Shown: positions 30,123 to 42,240, counted from the first letter of the stretch. The stretch is 64,000 bases of DNA from an uncultured Prevotella sp. (GCA_947169685.1 CAMVQS010000002.1:20283-84282); one strand, 5' to 3'. Notes: generated by a model not told the origin, from the sequence alone. Program-made: numbers and translations.

Positions 30123-30729
30123 AATCATTATTTGTATTGGACGACAACTTGGAAGTGGCGGACATGACATAGGTCGGATGCTTGCCCTTGACTTTCAGGC
30201 TAAGTATTATGATCGTGAGTTACTGAATCTTGCTGCAAAGGAAAGCGGACTCAGTGAGAAGTTTCTCGCGCAAAACGATGAACGCAAAGGGTTCTTTAAA
30301 TCACTTCTTAACATTCAGGCAACACATATAAGCAGTAGTTCATACAAACCAAATTTCTCGCAGGAGAGTTTGTTCCAGTTCCAGAGTGACGCCATGATGA
30401 AGGCTGCCGATGAGGGCTCGTGTGTCTTTGTTGGTCGCTGTGCTGAATATATATTGCGTAATAAGCCAAACTTGGTTAGCATTTTTATTACGGCTCCTTT
30501 GGATTTTCGTATTCATCAGGTAATGAATAAGGAAGGTGTTGACCGCATTGTAGCTCAGAAGAAGATAGAGCATGGCGAGAGTCAGCGTGCTGCCTACTAT
30601 AATTATTATACAGGCAAGAAATGGGGACATGCCACCAGCTATGACCTTTGTATTGATTCCTCTATCTTAGGTCTTCCTGCTACAGAGAAGTTTATTGCTG
30701 AGTTTATCCGAAAGAAGTTCAATTTATGA
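30112..30729 (+). CDS. Cytidylate kinase-like family protein
   Basis: IGRQLGSGG, VFVGRCA.YIL, YNYYTGKKWG..YDLCIDS. Confidence 0.85.
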   Translation: MNNKIIICIGRQLGSGGHDIGRMLALDFQAKYYDRELLNLAAKESGLSEKFLAQNDERKGFFKSLLNIQATHISSSSYKPNFSQESLFQFQSDAMMKAADEGSCVFVGRCAEYILRNKPNLVSIFITAPLDFRIHQVMNKEGVDRIVAQKKIEHGESQRAAYYNYYTGKKWGHATSYDLCIDSSILGLPATEKFIAEFIRKKFNL

Positions 30730-31232
30730 AGAAAATAGGCATTATCAGTGATACGCATAGCTACTGGGATGATAAGTATCTGCACTACTTTGAACCCTGC
30801 GACGAGATTTGGCATGCAGGTGATATTTGTTCAACGGATTTGGCAGAACGATTGGCTGATTTTCGCCCCTTACGGGCTGTGTGTGGAAACTGTGATGGTG
30901 GTCAACTTAGGCTGATGTATCCCGAGGTGCTTCGTTTTAAGTGTGAGGATGTGGATGTATTGATGAAGCATATTGGTGGTTATCCGGGTAATTATGATCG
31001 TTCCATAGTTTCGCAGATTTATGCTTCGCCCCCCCAGCTATTTATCAGCGGTCATTCTCATATCTTAAAGGTGAAATTTGACAAAACACTTAATATGCTT
31101 CATATTAATCCAGGTGCAGCAGGGCTACAAGGCTGGCATAAGGAACGTACAATAGTAAGATTGACCATCGAAGGCAATAAATTCACCGATTGTGAAGTTA
31201 TAACATTAGGAAATAATCATTTTAAAGAATAA
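30726..31232 (+). CDS. YfcE-like metallophosphoesterase
   Basis: ISDTH, HAGD, GNCD, SGHSH, INPG. Confidence 0.9.
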   Translation: MKKIGIISDTHSYWDDKYLHYFEPCDEIWHAGDICSTDLAERLADFRPLRAVCGNCDGGQLRLMYPEVLRFKCEDVDVLMKHIGGYPGNYDRSIVSQIYASPPQLFISGHSHILKVKFDKTLNMLHINPGAAGLQGWHKERTIVRLTIEGNKFTDCEVITLGNNHFKE

Positions 31233-32375
31233 ATGCGTATGAAACGTACTATCGTCATCACTGGCGGCGCCGGATTCATTGGAAGTCATGTGGTACGCCT
31301 GTTTGTGAACAAGTATCCGGATTATCACATCATCAATCTCGATAAACTGACGTATGCGGGTAATCTTGCTAACCTCAAGGATGTTGAGGATAAGCCCAAT
31401 TATGAGTTTGTAAAGATGGATATCTGTGATTTTGATGCCTTCTATCAGCTAATGCAAGAGAAAAAGGTGGATGGCATTATCCATCTTGCTGCAGAAAGTC
31501 ATGTTGATCGTAGTATCAAGGATCCTTTTACTTTTGCCAAGACCAACGTCATGGGTACACTGTCATTATTACAGGCGGCTAAACTCTATTGGGAGAGCCT
31601 GCCTGAACGCTACGAAGGGAAGCGTTTTTATCATATCTCTACTGACGAGGTGTATGGCGCATTGGAACTGACGCATCCCGAAGGTATAGAGCCTCCGTTT
31701 ACCACGACAGCCTCCTCTGCAGAACATCACTTGGCATACGGTGACAAATTCTTCCTTGAAACCACGAAGTATAATCCGCATTCACCTTATAGTGCAGCAA
31801 AGGCGTCGAGCGACCATTTCGTCCGTGCCTATCATGATACTTACGGTATGCCTGTCATCGTGACGAACTGTTCGAACAACTACGGCCCATACCAGTTCCC
31901 AGAGAAACTGATACCACTATTCATCAATAACATTCGCCATCGTAAGCCGTTACCTGTCTATGGTAAGGGTGAGAATGTGCGTGACTGGCTCTTTGTTGAG
32001 GACCATGCCCGAGCTATCGATCTCATTTTCCATCAGGGATTGATAGCCGAAACCTATAACATCGGTGGCTTCAATGAGTGGAAAAATATCGATATTATTC
32101 GCGTACTTATTAATACTGTTGACCGCTTGCTTGGTCGAAAAGAGGGCGAGGATATGGATCTCATTACTTTCGTGACTGACCGTGCTGGTCACGACCTACG
32201 TTATGCTATTGATTCTTCGAAACTTCAGCGCGAACTCGGTTGGGAACCCTCGCTACAGTTTGAGGAAGGTATTGAAAAAACCGTTCGTTGGTATCTTGAT
32301 AATCAAGAGTGGCTCGACAATGTAACAAGTGGTGACTACCAGAAGTATTACGATAACATGTATAAAGACAGATGA
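31233..32375 (+). CDS. rfbB: dTDP-glucose 4,6-dehydratase
   Basis: [47 protein letters not shown]. Confidence 0.95.
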   Translation: MRMKRTIVITGGAGFIGSHVVRLFVNKYPDYHIINLDKLTYAGNLANLKDVEDKPNYEFVKMDICDFDAFYQLMQEKKVDGIIHLAAESHVDRSIKDPFTFAKTNVMGTLSLLQAAKLYWESLPERYEGKRFYHISTDEVYGALELTHPEGIEPPFTTTASSAEHHLAYGDKFFLETTKYNPHSPYSAAKASSDHFVRAYHDTYGMPVIVTNCSNNYGPYQFPEKLIPLFINNIRHRKPLPVYGKGENVRDWLFVEDHARAIDLIFHQGLIAETYNIGGFNEWKNIDIIRVLINTVDRLLGRKEGEDMDLITFVTDRAGHDLRYAIDSSKLQRELGWEPSLQFEEGIEKTVRWYLDNQEWLDNVTSGDYQKYYDNMYKDR

Positions 32376-33568
32376 AGAAAATATTGCTATTAGGCTCAGG
32401 CGAACTGGGCAAAGAGTTTGTGATTGCCGCCATGCGTGCCGGGCAGTATGTCATTGCCTGTGACCGATATGATAATGCTCCTGCCATGCAGGTGGCCGAT
32501 GAACGTGAGGTGTTTTCAATGTTGGATGGTGATGCCCTTGAAGCTGTTGTGAAGAAGCATCAGCCCGATATTATTGTACCTGAGATTGAGGCCATTCGCA
32601 CAGAACGTCTATTTAAGTTCGAAGAACAAGGCATTCAGGTGGTTCCCTCTGCTCGCGCTGTTAACTATACTATGAACCGCCGTGCCATTCGTGACCTTGC
32701 ATCTAAGGAGCTTGGCCTGCGCACGGCTAGGTATTTTTATGCCAAGACTTTTGGTGAATTCAAACGGGCTGCAGACGAGATAGGTTTTCCTTGTGTCGTA
32801 AAACCGCTGATGTCGTCTTCTGGTCATGGACAGAGTTATGTTCATAATAATGATGAATTAAAGCAGGCGTTCCGTGAGGCAATGGAGGAAGGTCGTGGAG
32901 ACGTGAAAGAAGTCATTATTGAAGAATTTATTGATTTTGAATCAGAATTCACATTGCTTACGGTGACTCAGAAGAATGGCCCTACGCTGTTCTGCCCTCC
33001 TATTGGTCATGTTCAAAAAGGAGGTGACTATCGTGAGTCGTGGCAACCCTATAAGATCAGTGATGAAGCCTTGAAGAATGCGCAGCATATGGCAGACCAG
33101 GTTACCAAAGCATTGACGGGTGCTGGCATATGGGGAGTTGAGTTTTTCTTGACTCGCCAAGGTGAGGTGATCTTTAGCGAGTTGTCACCCCGTCCTCACG
33201 ATACTGGTATGGTTACGTTAGGTCACACCACAAATCTCTCGGAATTTGAGCTTCATTTTCGTGCAGTAATGGGACTGCCCATTCCTGCAATTCACTTGGA
33301 ACACTCTGGAGCCTCGGCTGTCATTCTGTCACCGAAGGCAGTTTCAGTGCCAGTCAATCGCTCCCTCCTGGACTATAATCTTGAGGAGGCATTGAAGGAA
33401 GACCGTACGCGTATTCGTATCTTTGGCAAGCCTGAAGCACACAAGGGACGCCGTATGGGTGTCGTGCTTTGCTATGGTGAAGTCGGTGACGATGTTGAAG
33501 CTCTTCGTGATAAGGCAAAACGTCTAGCAAAGACTGTATTAGGAACAGAGCCATATATGCAGAAATGA
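32372..33568 (+). CDS. purT: Formate-dependent phosphoribosylglycinamide formyltransferase
   Basis: [43 protein letters not shown]. Confidence 0.95.
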   Translation: MKKILLLGSGELGKEFVIAAMRAGQYVIACDRYDNAPAMQVADEREVFSMLDGDALEAVVKKHQPDIIVPEIEAIRTERLFKFEEQGIQVVPSARAVNYTMNRRAIRDLASKELGLRTARYFYAKTFGEFKRAADEIGFPCVVKPLMSSSGHGQSYVHNNDELKQAFREAMEEGRGDVKEVIIEEFIDFESEFTLLTVTQKNGPTLFCPPIGHVQKGGDYRESWQPYKISDEALKNAQHMADQVTKALTGAGIWGVEFFLTRQGEVIFSELSPRPHDTGMVTLGHTTNLSEFELHFRAVMGLPIPAIHLEHSGASAVILSPKAVSVPVNRSLLDYNLEEALKEDRTRIRIFGKPEAHKGRRMGVVLCYGEVGDDVEALRDKAKRLAKTVLGTEPYMQK

Positions 33569-33969
33569 TAGGAAAACTAATAGATCTCCCCAAAATTGCA
33601 GATCCGCGTGGCAATTTAACAGTTGCGGAGGGTGGGGGCTTGGTGCCCTTTAACATTAAGCGTGCATATTGGGTATATGATGTTCCAGAAGGTGAGAGCC
33701 GTGGTGGTCATGCTCACAAGAAACTTAAACAGTTCGTGATTGCATTGAGTGGTTCGTTTGATGTTACACTTGATGATGGAACAAAGAAACAAACATATCA
33801 TCTTAATCATCCTTATCAGGGATTATTAATTGATACGGGAATCTGGCGTACGCTTGACGACTTCTCTTCTGGCGCGGTGTGTTTGGTCTTGGCTTCTGAA
33901 CATTTCGAAGAAGATGATTATATTTACGATTATGATGAATTCTTGAAATATGTTAGATGTTTGAAATAA
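33565..33969 (+). CDS. FdtA/QdtA-like sugar 3,4-ketoisomerase (cupin)
   Basis: DPRGNL, RGGHAHK, LVLAS..F..DDYI. Confidence 0.88.
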   Translation: MIGKLIDLPKIADPRGNLTVAEGGGLVPFNIKRAYWVYDVPEGESRGGHAHKKLKQFVIALSGSFDVTLDDGTKKQTYHLNHPYQGLLIDTGIWRTLDDFSSGAVCLVLASEHFEEDDYIYDYDEFLKYVRCLK

Positions 33970-34898
33970 TACGTTATACATCTGATAGAGCTGACGAATG
34001 GAATCAGTTTGTTTCTCAGTCGAAGAACGGCACGTTCCTTTTCGATAGAAACTATATGGACTACCATGCTGACCGTTTTAATGATAGTTCGTTTATGTTT
34101 TATCGTGATGGTCTTTTACTGGCTGTGCTACCAGCACATATCGATGGTAATACGCTCTGCTCCCATCGTGGGCTAACATATGGTGGACTTCTAATGAGTA
34201 GTAAACTGACCATTGCCAAAACGATGACTCTTTTCCGTGAGCTTAATCACCGTCTGGCTGCTGAGGGTGTGAATCATGTAGTCTATAAGGCAATACCTTG
34301 GATTTATCATAATATCGCAGCGGAAGAAGACCTCTATGCTCTCTATCACGAATGTCGGGCAACCATTACCGCACGCGACTACTCTACTTGTATCTTTCTT
34401 GCTGCAGGGCTACGTTGGGAGCGTATCAGACGTCGTGGCGTACAGCGGGCTTTGCAGGCTGGTGTATGCATTAGAATCAGTGATGATTATAGTGACTTTT
34501 GGCATGTGCTGACCGATAATCTTACTTCCAAATATGGTGTCAGACCCGTACACACCTTAGATGAGATTCGCCTGCTTCACAACCGTTTTCCGCACAATAT
34601 AGTGCTATACCAGGCGGAGTACGAAGGTCGTGTCGTGGGTGGTGTCGTACTATACGTTACTCAACAGGTGGTTCATGCACAATATAGTTCTGCGACGCCT
34701 GAAGGAAAACAATTAGGCGCCATTGACATGATATACGATCGTATCATTCACGAAGATTATACTGACTATCCCTATTTTGACTTTGGACGTTCAACAGAAA
34801 ATGCTGATGGTAGTGGGCTCAATACCTCACTCGTTTTCCAAAAGGAAGGATTTGGGGCACGTGGACTTTGTTATGACATCTATGAATACGATTTATGA
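33957..34898 (+). CDS. GNAT/FemAB-like N-acyltransferase
   Basis: WN.FV..SKNGTFLF.R.YMDYH, SH.GLTYGG, FDFG.S, QKEGFGAR. Confidence 0.8.
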   Translation: MFEIIRYTSDRADEWNQFVSQSKNGTFLFDRNYMDYHADRFNDSSFMFYRDGLLLAVLPAHIDGNTLCSHRGLTYGGLLMSSKLTIAKTMTLFRELNHRLAAEGVNHVVYKAIPWIYHNIAAEEDLYALYHECRATITARDYSTCIFLAAGLRWERIRRRGVQRALQAGVCIRISDDYSDFWHVLTDNLTSKYGVRPVHTLDEIRLLHNRFPHNIVLYQAEYEGRVVGGVVLYVTQQVVHAQYSSATPEGKQLGAIDMIYDRIIHEDYTDYPYFDFGRSTENADGSGLNTSLVFQKEGFGARGLCYDIYEYDL

Positions 34899-34907
34899 AC
34901 ATGGCAT

Positions 34908-36020
34908 ATGGACAAGAAGATAAAGTATTTGGACCTGAAAGCTATTAACGAACCCTATGTGCACGCTGCTGACAAGGTGTTACAGAGTGGCTGGTATTTG
35001 AAGGGCGACTGTACGTGCGACTTTGAGTCTGCTTACGCAGAATATATTGGCACAAAATACTGTATCGGCTGTGGCAATGGTCTCGATGCGTTGACATTGA
35101 TATTCAGAGCATATATCGAAATGGGCGTGATGCAGGAGGGAGATGAGGTCATCGTTCCAGCCAACACGTATATCGCCTCCATTCTCGCCGTCACGGAGAA
35201 CCTTCTCAAACCTGTGCTCGTTGAGCCAGACTTTAATACGCTCCAAATAGATGACACGCTCATCGAACAGGCGATTACCCCTCGCACTCGTGCCATTATG
35301 ATTGTTCATCTCTATGGTCGCTGTGCCTATACGGAAAGGATAGGGGATATCTGCCACCGTCATCATCTCAAATTGGTAGAGGACAACGCGCAGGCACATG
35401 GTTGTAATTATCAATTCTCAATTCTCAATTCTCAAGTAAGGAAGACCGGCTCGTTGGGCGATGCAGCTGGTCATAGCTTTTATCCTACCAAAAACCTTGG
35501 TGCCTTTGGCGATGCCGGCGCTGTTACTACTGATGATGCTGAGTTGGCTGAGGTCGTCAGAGCTTTAGGCAATTATGGCTCAGCAAAGAAATACATCTTT
35601 GACTACCTCGGTCGTAACAGCCGTATTGATGACATTCAGGCCGCTATCCTCCTCGCTAAGCTTTCCCGTCTTGATGCCGATAACCAGCGTCGCAAGGAGA
35701 TTGCCGCCCGCTATGAAAGTGAGATTTCTAATCCTTTAGTGAGAATAACACTCTCCGACCGCGCCTCGGTTTATCATATTTTCCCCGTTTTCAGTCCCCG
35801 TCGCGACGAATTGCATCGCTATTTAACTGATAATGGTGTTGATACACAGATACACTATCCCGTTCCTCCACATAAGCAGAAGTGCTATAAGGAGTTGAAC
35901 GCCCTTTCGCTGCCTGTCACGGAAAGAATCCATCGTGAAGAGCTCTCCATACCCTGTCATCAGGCTATGGCTGACGAGGACACGACCCGAGTCATTTCCC
36001 TTCTCAATGCTTTTGAGTAG
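34908..36020 (+). CDS. DegT/DnrJ/EryC1 (FdtB-like) sugar aminotransferase
   Basis: GNGLDAL, EDNAQAHG, SFYPTKNLG, NSRIDDIQAA. Confidence 0.92.
   Translation: MDKKIKYLDLKAINEPYVHAADKVLQSGWYLKGDCTCDFESAYAEYIGTKYCIGCGNGLDALTLIFRAYIEMGVMQEGDEVIVPANTYIASILAVTENLLKPVLVEPDFNTLQIDDTLIEQAITPRTRAIMIVHLYGRCAYTERIGDICHRHHLKLVEDNAQAHGCNYQFSILNSQVRKTGSLGDAAGHSFYPTKNLGAFGDAGAVTTDDAELAEVVRALGNYGSAKKYIFDYLGRNSRIDDIQAAILLAKLSRLDADNQRRKEIAARYESEISNPLVRITLSDRASVYHIFPVFSPRRDELHRYLTDNGVDTQIHYPVPPHKQKCYKELNALSLPVTERIHREELSIPCHQAMADEDTTRVISLLNAFE
35406..35435. repeat. Heptamer tandem (AATTCTC) x4 inside the aminotransferase gene
   Basis: aattatc aattctc aattctc aattctc aa; encodes NYQFSILNSQ. Confidence 0.85.
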
Positions 36021-36029
36021 ATTCATTCG

Positions 36030-36060
36030 CAAAAGTAGTGAAAGCCGAGCGAAGAACAAA
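36030..36060 (-). promoter_or_regulatory. Orphan primary-sigma promoter between convergent genes
   Basis: Minus strand TTTG-N19-TACTTTTG. Confidence 0.55.
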
Positions 36061-36100
36061 ATAAATTCGAATATATTTTTTGAAGAAGACAACATCCTCG

Positions 36101-37570
36101 TCATTCTGGCTTATGCTTGACGTAATAATGGAGGAGATACCAGAGGCAGGCGATGATGACGTAGAGCAGCGTGACCTGGAGAACGGTGGGGCGTAGGCCG
36201 TCGATGCTGGCAAGAGGCAGCGAGGCTATCCAAGAGGTCCAGCTGTTGAGCCACGATGCGAGTGTGGCGGGCAGGATGATGACTACGGATTGTGCTGCCG
36301 GCCAGAAGCTGAGCAGCAGCGTGAGGAGCATGGTGTAGAGAATGAGTGTGGCCAGTGGGATGGCAAGGTAGTTGGCCAAGAGGAACCACACGGAGAAACG
36401 TCCGAAGTAGAAGGCCACAAGCGGTGCGGTACCTAACTGGGCGGCAACGGTGACGGCAGTGGTCTTCCACAAGGGCGACAGCCAGAAGGGAAGGGCGAAC
36501 AGGCTGTTGAGCAGCGGCGTGAACAGCAGGATGGCCAAGACGGCCGAGAAGGAGAGCTGGAAGCCGACGTCGAACAGCGCGTAGGGGTTGCTGATGAGCA
36601 TGACGATGGCTGTCAACGCTAGGGTGTTGACGGGTGTCTTGCTGCGATTGAGCAGCGACACGAAGGCATAGACGGTTATCATGACAGCGGCACGGACCAC
36701 GCTCGACGGCATTCCCACCAACAGCACAAAGCCCCAGATGGACGACACGATGAGCAACTGGTTGACCAGTTGCCAGCGACGACTACGGAACAGGAACGAT
36801 AGGAGCATGTAGATGATGCCGAGATGCAGGCCGCTGAGCGCCAACAGGTGTGAGGTGCCGGCAACAGAAAACTGCTCCTTCTGCTCACGGCTGACGGCGC
36901 TTTTGTCACCCAGCGTCATAGCAGCCAGAATGGAGTAGTCGTCGCGTTCGCTGATGTTGGGGCTGAGCTGTGCAAGCAGTTGGCGACGCAGTCCCATGAA
37001 GTACAGTCGCAGGCGTTGCAGACGGCCAATGTCCGTCAGGGAGATGCTCTCACGTTGCCAGCGGTTGCGCCAGACGAAGGTTTCACCTACGTAGCCGTGC
37101 GTCTCCAGCCACGTGCGGTAGCTGCCCTGTGCCGACAGGGGCTTGATGGCTGAGAAGACCACGAGACCGTCGCCCACATGAAGCTGCCGACTGCGCTGGT
37201 CGTGCATCAGACGAAGCTGGATCTTCTGGCCTGTGGTAGCAAGCAGGGCGTCCATGCTGAGTGTCTTGCCGCGTTCGACTGGTTCGGAGCTGACAACAAG
37301 GGCGTAGTTATGTTCCTCTGAAGGCCACTCCACTTCTAATTGGCCTTTCTGATGCAGGCAGAGCAACGCGCCCAACGATACGCAGCACAGACTAATGAGG
37401 AGGCTTTGCAGCCAACTCCATCTTCTGCATAAAAAGGTCAGAAAAAGCGTTAGCAGCAACGCCCCCAGCGCATAGCCGACAGGACAAGATACGAAACGTC
37501 CTGCCACAATGCCGATGATGAGACAGATGGCAGGAAGGAGTAGGGGTGCTATGATGGGCTTAATCTTCAA
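36101..37570 (-). CDS. comEC: ComEC/Rec2 competence family membrane protein
   Basis: AMTLGDK, SHLLALSGLH, SVVRA, DVGFQLSF.AV. Confidence 0.9.
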   Translation of the reverse strand: MKIKPIIAPLLLPAICLIIGIVAGRFVSCPVGYALGALLLTLFLTFLCRRWSWLQSLLISLCCVSLGALLCLHQKGQLEVEWPSEEHNYALVVSSEPVERGKTLSMDALLATTGQKIQLRLMHDQRSRQLHVGDGLVVFSAIKPLSAQGSYRTWLETHGYVGETFVWRNRWQRESISLTDIGRLQRLRLYFMGLRRQLLAQLSPNISERDDYSILAAMTLGDKSAVSREQKEQFSVAGTSHLLALSGLHLGIIYMLLSFLFRSRRWQLVNQLLIVSSIWGFVLLVGMPSSVVRAAVMITVYAFVSLLNRSKTPVNTLALTAIVMLISNPYALFDVGFQLSFSAVLAILLFTPLLNSLFALPFWLSPLWKTTAVTVAAQLGTAPLVAFYFGRFSVWFLLANYLAIPLATLILYTMLLTLLLSFWPAAQSVVIILPATLASWLNSWTSWIASLPLASIDGLRPTVLQVTLLYVIIACLWYLLHYYVKHKPE

Positions 37571-40392
37571 TTGTCAATGTTCAATTCTTTCAAAAGGAAA
37601 GCAGGCGTGTAGCCCTTCTTGCTACGTGCCACCTCTTCAGGGGTGCCTGTTGACAAAATCTGTCCACCGCCACGTCCGCCTTCCAGTCCCATGTCGATGA
37701 TATGGTCTGCCTGACGGATGACGTCGAGGTTATGCTCAATGACAATGACGGTGTTGCCGCGACTGACCAAGCGTTGCAGCACTTCCATCAGGATGCGGAT
37801 ATCTTCGAAGTGCAGACCCGTGGTAGGCTCGTCGAGGATGTAGAGCGTTTTGCCCGTGTCCTTTTTCGACAGTTCGGCAGCCAACTTGATGCGCTGGCTC
37901 TCACCGCCAGAGAGGGTGGTGGAAGGTTGTCCGAGTTTGATGTATCCGAGTCCGACGTCCTGGATGGTCTTAATCTTCCGCAGGATATCGGGCACGTTCT
38001 CAAAGAACTCAACAGCTTGGTTGATTGTCATATCGAGCACGTCGGCAATGGACTTACCCTTGTAGCGCACCTCCAAAGTTTCGCGGTTATAGCGCTTGCC
38101 GTGACACACCTCGCAGGGTACCATCACGTCGGGCAGAAAGTTCATCTCGATGGTCTTGTAGCCGTTGCCGCCACACTCTTCGCAACGTCCGCCCTTCACG
38201 TTGAACGAGAAACGCCCTGGCTTGTAGCCACGTATCTGGGCCTCAGGCAGATGGACGAACAGCGAACGGATATCGCTGAACACGCCCGTGTAGGTGGCTG
38301 GGTTCGAACGTGGCGTGCGGCCGATGGGGCTCTGGTCCACATTGATGACCTTGTCGATATGTTCTATGCCCTCGATGCTGTCGTAGGGCATGGGTTGTTT
38401 CAATGAGCGGTAAAAATGACGGGAGAGGATGGGGTAGAGCGTCTCATTGATGAGTGTCGATTTGCCTGAGCCGCTCACGCCCGTCACGACAATCAGCGTC
38501 CCCAGCGGAAATGCTGCGTCGATATTCTTCAGGTTATTGCCGCGACAGCCGTGAAGGAGAAGCTGCTCTCCAGCCCCCTTACGCCGTTCAGCAGGCAGTG
38601 GAATCTCTTTTTTCCTGTTCAAGTATTGTGCCGTGATTGTTTCAGTCTTGAGCATCTCCTGAGGCGTTCCCTGAAACACGACCTCGCCGCCCTTCCGACC
38701 TGCACGTGGACCAATGTCAATCAGGTAGTCGGCAGCCAGCATCATGTCCTTGTCGTGTTCGACGACGATGACCGTATTGCCGATGTCGCGCAGTTGCTTG
38801 AGCGAGTGGATAAGCCGTTCGTTGTCACGCTGATGCAGTCCGATGCTTGGCTCGTCAAGGATGTAAAGCACGTTGACCAGTTGCGAGCCGATTTGCGTGG
38901 CCAGTCGGATGCGCTGGCTCTCACCACCAGAGAGGCTGGCTGACTGGCGGTTGAGTGACAGGTAGTCGAGTCCCACGTCGAGCAGGAAACCCAGTCGGGT
39001 GCGTATCTCCTTGAGGATTTCTTTGGCTATCTGCTGTTGCTGATGCTCCATGTGTGGTTCTGCTTCGTCCAGCCATTGGCGCAGTTCGCTGAGGTCCATC
39101 AATGCCAGTTCGGCAATGTTTTTGTCCCAAATCTTATAGCTGAGAGCTTCGCGGTTCAGTCGTTGGCCGTGGCACTCCGGACACTCACATTCGGCCAGGA
39201 ACTGGTCTGCCCACTTCTGTCCGCTGGCGCTGTCGTCGTTGTCCATGACAGAGCGCAGATATTTCACCACGCCGTCGAAGGCGACGAAGTAGTCACTTGT
39301 TGTGTGTACCAGTTCCTTGTCAATGCGGATATTTTCCAACGAGCCGTATAGGATTTCATTGAGCGCCTCGTCAGAAATGTCCTTGACGGGCGTTTTCAGG
39401 TCGTAGTCGTATTTCTGGAGTATGGCGTCAATCTGCCAGAAAATCATCTGGTTCTTGTACTTGCCGAGGGGAGCGATGGCACCCTCATGAATGCTCTGCC
39501 GACGGTCGGGTATCACTTTGTCAAGGTCAATCTCGTTGACGTAGCCAAGTCCCTTACAGCGTGGGCAGGCACCCATTGGTGAGTTGAATGAAAAGTTGTT
39601 GGGCGCAGGGTCGTTGTACGACATGCCTGTGGTGGGACACATCAGCCGGCGCGAGAAGTACTTGGCTTCGCTTGTCTCGTGGTCCATGATCATGAGCAGT
39701 CCCTCGCCCGTCTTCATGGCCAGCTGGACACTTTTCTTGAGTCGGTCGCTAGGCACTGCCAGACGGTCAATCACCACCTCGATGTTATGGTTCTTGTAGC
39801 GGTCAACCTTCATGCCGCTGGTTATCTCCATCAGCTCCCCATCAACGCGGACGTGCAGATAACCTTTTCTGCGCATGGACTCAAACAGTTCGCGGTAGTG
39901 TCCCTTACGACTGCGGACGACAGGAGCCAGAATCAGTATTTTACGACCTGCATAGTCATTTTGAATCATCTCCAGCACACGCTCCTCGGTGTATTTCACC
40001 ATCGGCTCGCCCGTGTGGTAGCTATAGGCCTTGCCGGCACGGGCAAAGAGCAGGCGCAGGAAGTCATAGATTTCGGTGGTGGTGCCGACGGTAGAACGTG
40101 GATTGCGGTTGGTGGTCTTCTGTTCGATGCTGATGACGGGGCTGAGGCCTGTTATCTTATCCACGTCAGGACGTTCCAGTCCGCCCAGGAAGTTACGGGC
40201 ATAGGCCGAGAACGTCTCGATGTAGCGGCGTTGTCCCTCGGCAAAGATGGTGTCGAAGGCCAGCGACGACTTACCTGAGCCGCTGAGTCCCGTGATGACG
40301 GTCAGCGACTGGCGGGGGATTTCCACATCGATGTTCTTCAGGTTATGTACGCGTGCTCCCCAAACGTTGATTTTCTCCTGGTTGCTACTCAT
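37567..40392 (-). CDS. uvrA: Excinuclease ABC subunit A
   Basis: [19 protein letters not shown], two LSGGE signatures, Zn fingers. Confidence 0.97.
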   Translation of the reverse strand: MSSNQEKINVWGARVHNLKNIDVEIPRQSLTVITGLSGSGKSSLAFDTIFAEGQRRYIETFSAYARNFLGGLERPDVDKITGLSPVISIEQKTTNRNPRSTVGTTTEIYDFLRLLFARAGKAYSYHTGEPMVKYTEERVLEMIQNDYAGRKILILAPVVRSRKGHYRELFESMRRKGYLHVRVDGELMEITSGMKVDRYKNHNIEVVIDRLAVPSDRLKKSVQLAMKTGEGLLMIMDHETSEAKYFSRRLMCPTTGMSYNDPAPNNFSFNSPMGACPRCKGLGYVNEIDLDKVIPDRRQSIHEGAIAPLGKYKNQMIFWQIDAILQKYDYDLKTPVKDISDEALNEILYGSLENIRIDKELVHTTSDYFVAFDGVVKYLRSVMDNDDSASGQKWADQFLAECECPECHGQRLNREALSYKIWDKNIAELALMDLSELRQWLDEAEPHMEHQQQQIAKEILKEIRTRLGFLLDVGLDYLSLNRQSASLSGGESQRIRLATQIGSQLVNVLYILDEPSIGLHQRDNERLIHSLKQLRDIGNTVIVVEHDKDMMLAADYLIDIGPRAGRKGGEVVFQGTPQEMLKTETITAQYLNRKKEIPLPAERRKGAGEQLLLHGCRGNNLKNIDAAFPLGTLIVVTGVSGSGKSTLINETLYPILSRHFYRSLKQPMPYDSIEGIEHIDKVINVDQSPIGRTPRSNPATYTGVFSDIRSLFVHLPEAQIRGYKPGRFSFNVKGGRCEECGGNGYKTIEMNFLPDVMVPCEVCHGKRYNRETLEVRYKGKSIADVLDMTINQAVEFFENVPDILRKIKTIQDVGLGYIKLGQPSTTLSGGESQRIKLAAELSKKDTGKTLYILDEPTTGLHFEDIRILMEVLQRLVSRGNTVIVIEHNLDVIRQADHIIDMGLEGGRGGGQILSTGTPEEVARSKKGYTPAFLLKELNIDN

Positions 40393-40780
40393 CGTTGGGT
40401 TTTCCTCTCAGCAGGTTTACGTCGCGCTTAATGGTATGCGTCTGTCCGTCGCTGCCTTTGGCCTTCACCAGCACGAAATATGTGCCCTGCTTAACGGGGC
40501 TTCCGTTGTAGGTGCCGTCCCATCCGCCGTCCAGGTCAGTCCATTCGTAGAGTTTCTGTCCCCACCTATTATATATAATGGCACGGAACTCCGTGATGCC
40601 CGTTGTGCTTGACTTAACGCGCAATATTTCATTGATGCCGTCACCATTGGGCGAAAAACCATTGGGAATATCGATATGGCTCACAACGGTGGTTGTGTCC
40701 GTCGTCTCGTCGGTCTGTGCCTGAATGGTAGAACAGACGAGCGAGAGTAATAGCAGGAGGATGATTTTCTGTTTCTTCAT
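40385..40780 (-). CDS. Small protein: signal peptide plus gliding-motility (T9SS type B) C-terminal domain
   Basis: [38 protein letters not shown]. Confidence 0.85.
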   Translation of the reverse strand: MKKQKIILLLLLSLVCSTIQAQTDETTDTTTVVSHIDIPNGFSPNGDGINEILRVKSSTTGITEFRAIIYNRWGQKLYEWTDLDGGWDGTYNGSPVKQGTYFVLVKAKGSDGQTHTIKRDVNLLRGKPNDE

Positions 40781-40869
40781 GCTGCAAAAGTACAAAATAA
40801 TTATGAATTTGAATTATGAATTAAAAAAAAATCGTACCTTTGCACTCGAATTGACTAAAAACGGAAAGA

Positions 40870-42240
40870 ATGATGAAACTTTGGACACGATACGTGGTGA
40901 TGTTGGTGCTGGCCGTGCTGTTTGCTCAGAATGTGGTTGCACAGGAGACACAATGGCGTGACATGCACAAGGTGAAGCGTAAGGAAACCATCTACAGCAT
41001 TGCCCGTGACTACGGCATCACGGTAGATGAACTCATTAAGGCAAACCCCGAGATGGCGACGCCTGACTATGTGTTGAAGAAAGGCTCGTTCGTCTGTATT
41101 CCTTATCCGTCGTCTGCCGTGGTCGATACGGCAACGGTGACCCCTCCGTCGCCTCAGCCGCTGCGTCAGGGCAAGACGGACATGAGGGAACGCGAAATCC
41201 GTGTGGGCGTGATGTTGCCTCTGCACAAGGTAAATGGTGACGGACGCCGCATGACGGAGTATTATCGTGGTGTGTTGATGGCGTGCGATAGCCTGCGACA
41301 GTCTGGAATCTCTGTCGATGTCCATGCCTGGAACGTGGCTGAGGGAAGTGACATTGGTCAGTTCCTGACGAACGATGCTGCAAAGCTGGACCTCATCATC
41401 GGTCCCTTGTATTCGAAGATGGTACCGCAGCTGAGTGCATTTGCGGCAGAAAACGATATCCGTGTGCTCATTCCGTTCTCGATTGATGCGCCTGAGGTGG
41501 CTCAGAACCGTTTGCTGTTCCAGGTATATCAGGCTCCACGAGACTTCAACCGTCTGGCGGTGGAACGTTTCGTACAGCAGTTCCGCGATTGTCATCCCGT
41601 CATTATCGACTGTGCGGACTCAACAAGTACCAAGGGTAGCTTTACCCGTTTGCTGCGTCAGCGCTTAGACGAGGAAGGAATAATATACGGCTTGACAAGC
41701 CTGACAACCAGCGATGCGAAGTTCGTTCAGAACTTCAGTCAGGCACAGCGTAACGTCGTTGTGTTGAACACGGAAAACCAGAAGCCGATGCGTAAGGCCT
41801 TCTCGAAGCTGAACGCTATGCTGCTCGACAATCAGGAGCTGGAGGTTTCCATGTTCGGATATACGGAGTGGATGCTCTATACGAGCCGTAACCTCGAAAA
41901 CTTCCATAAGTTGGATGTGCATATTCCTGCTGCATTCTATTACGATGCCCAGTCGCCCCGTACAAAGCGCATTGAGCTGAAGTACCGCTGGAACTTCCAT
42001 GCAGACATGATGAACTCGCTGCCGCGTTTTGCTATTACCGGCTTCGACCATGCGTTCTACTTTATCAAAGGTCTGCATATGTATGGCAAACACTTCACGG
42101 GAGCCGCCGGTATGGTGGGCTATCCACCCATACAGACGCCTCTGCAGTTTGAGCGTAACGGACAGGGAGGCCAGGAAAACCGCAACATCATGTTCATTCA
42201 CTATACGCCCGAGAAGCGTGTGGAAACCATTAAGTTTTAA
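40870..42240 (+). CDS. LysM peptidoglycan-binding protein with periplasmic-binding-like domain
   Basis: HKVKRKETIYSIARDYGITVDELIKANP; VGVMLPL; LIIGP. Confidence 0.85.
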   Translation: MMKLWTRYVVMLVLAVLFAQNVVAQETQWRDMHKVKRKETIYSIARDYGITVDELIKANPEMATPDYVLKKGSFVCIPYPSSAVVDTATVTPPSPQPLRQGKTDMREREIRVGVMLPLHKVNGDGRRMTEYYRGVLMACDSLRQSGISVDVHAWNVAEGSDIGQFLTNDAAKLDLIIGPLYSKMVPQLSAFAAENDIRVLIPFSIDAPEVAQNRLLFQVYQAPRDFNRLAVERFVQQFRDCHPVIIDCADSTSTKGSFTRLLRQRLDEEGIIYGLTSLTTSDAKFVQNFSQAQRNVVVLNTENQKPMRKAFSKLNAMLLDNQELEVSMFGYTEWMLYTSRNLENFHKLDVHIPAAFYYDAQSPRTKRIELKYRWNFHADMMNSLPRFAITGFDHAFYFIKGLHMYGKHFTGAAGMVGYPPIQTPLQFERNGQGGQENRNIMFIHYTPEKRVETIKF

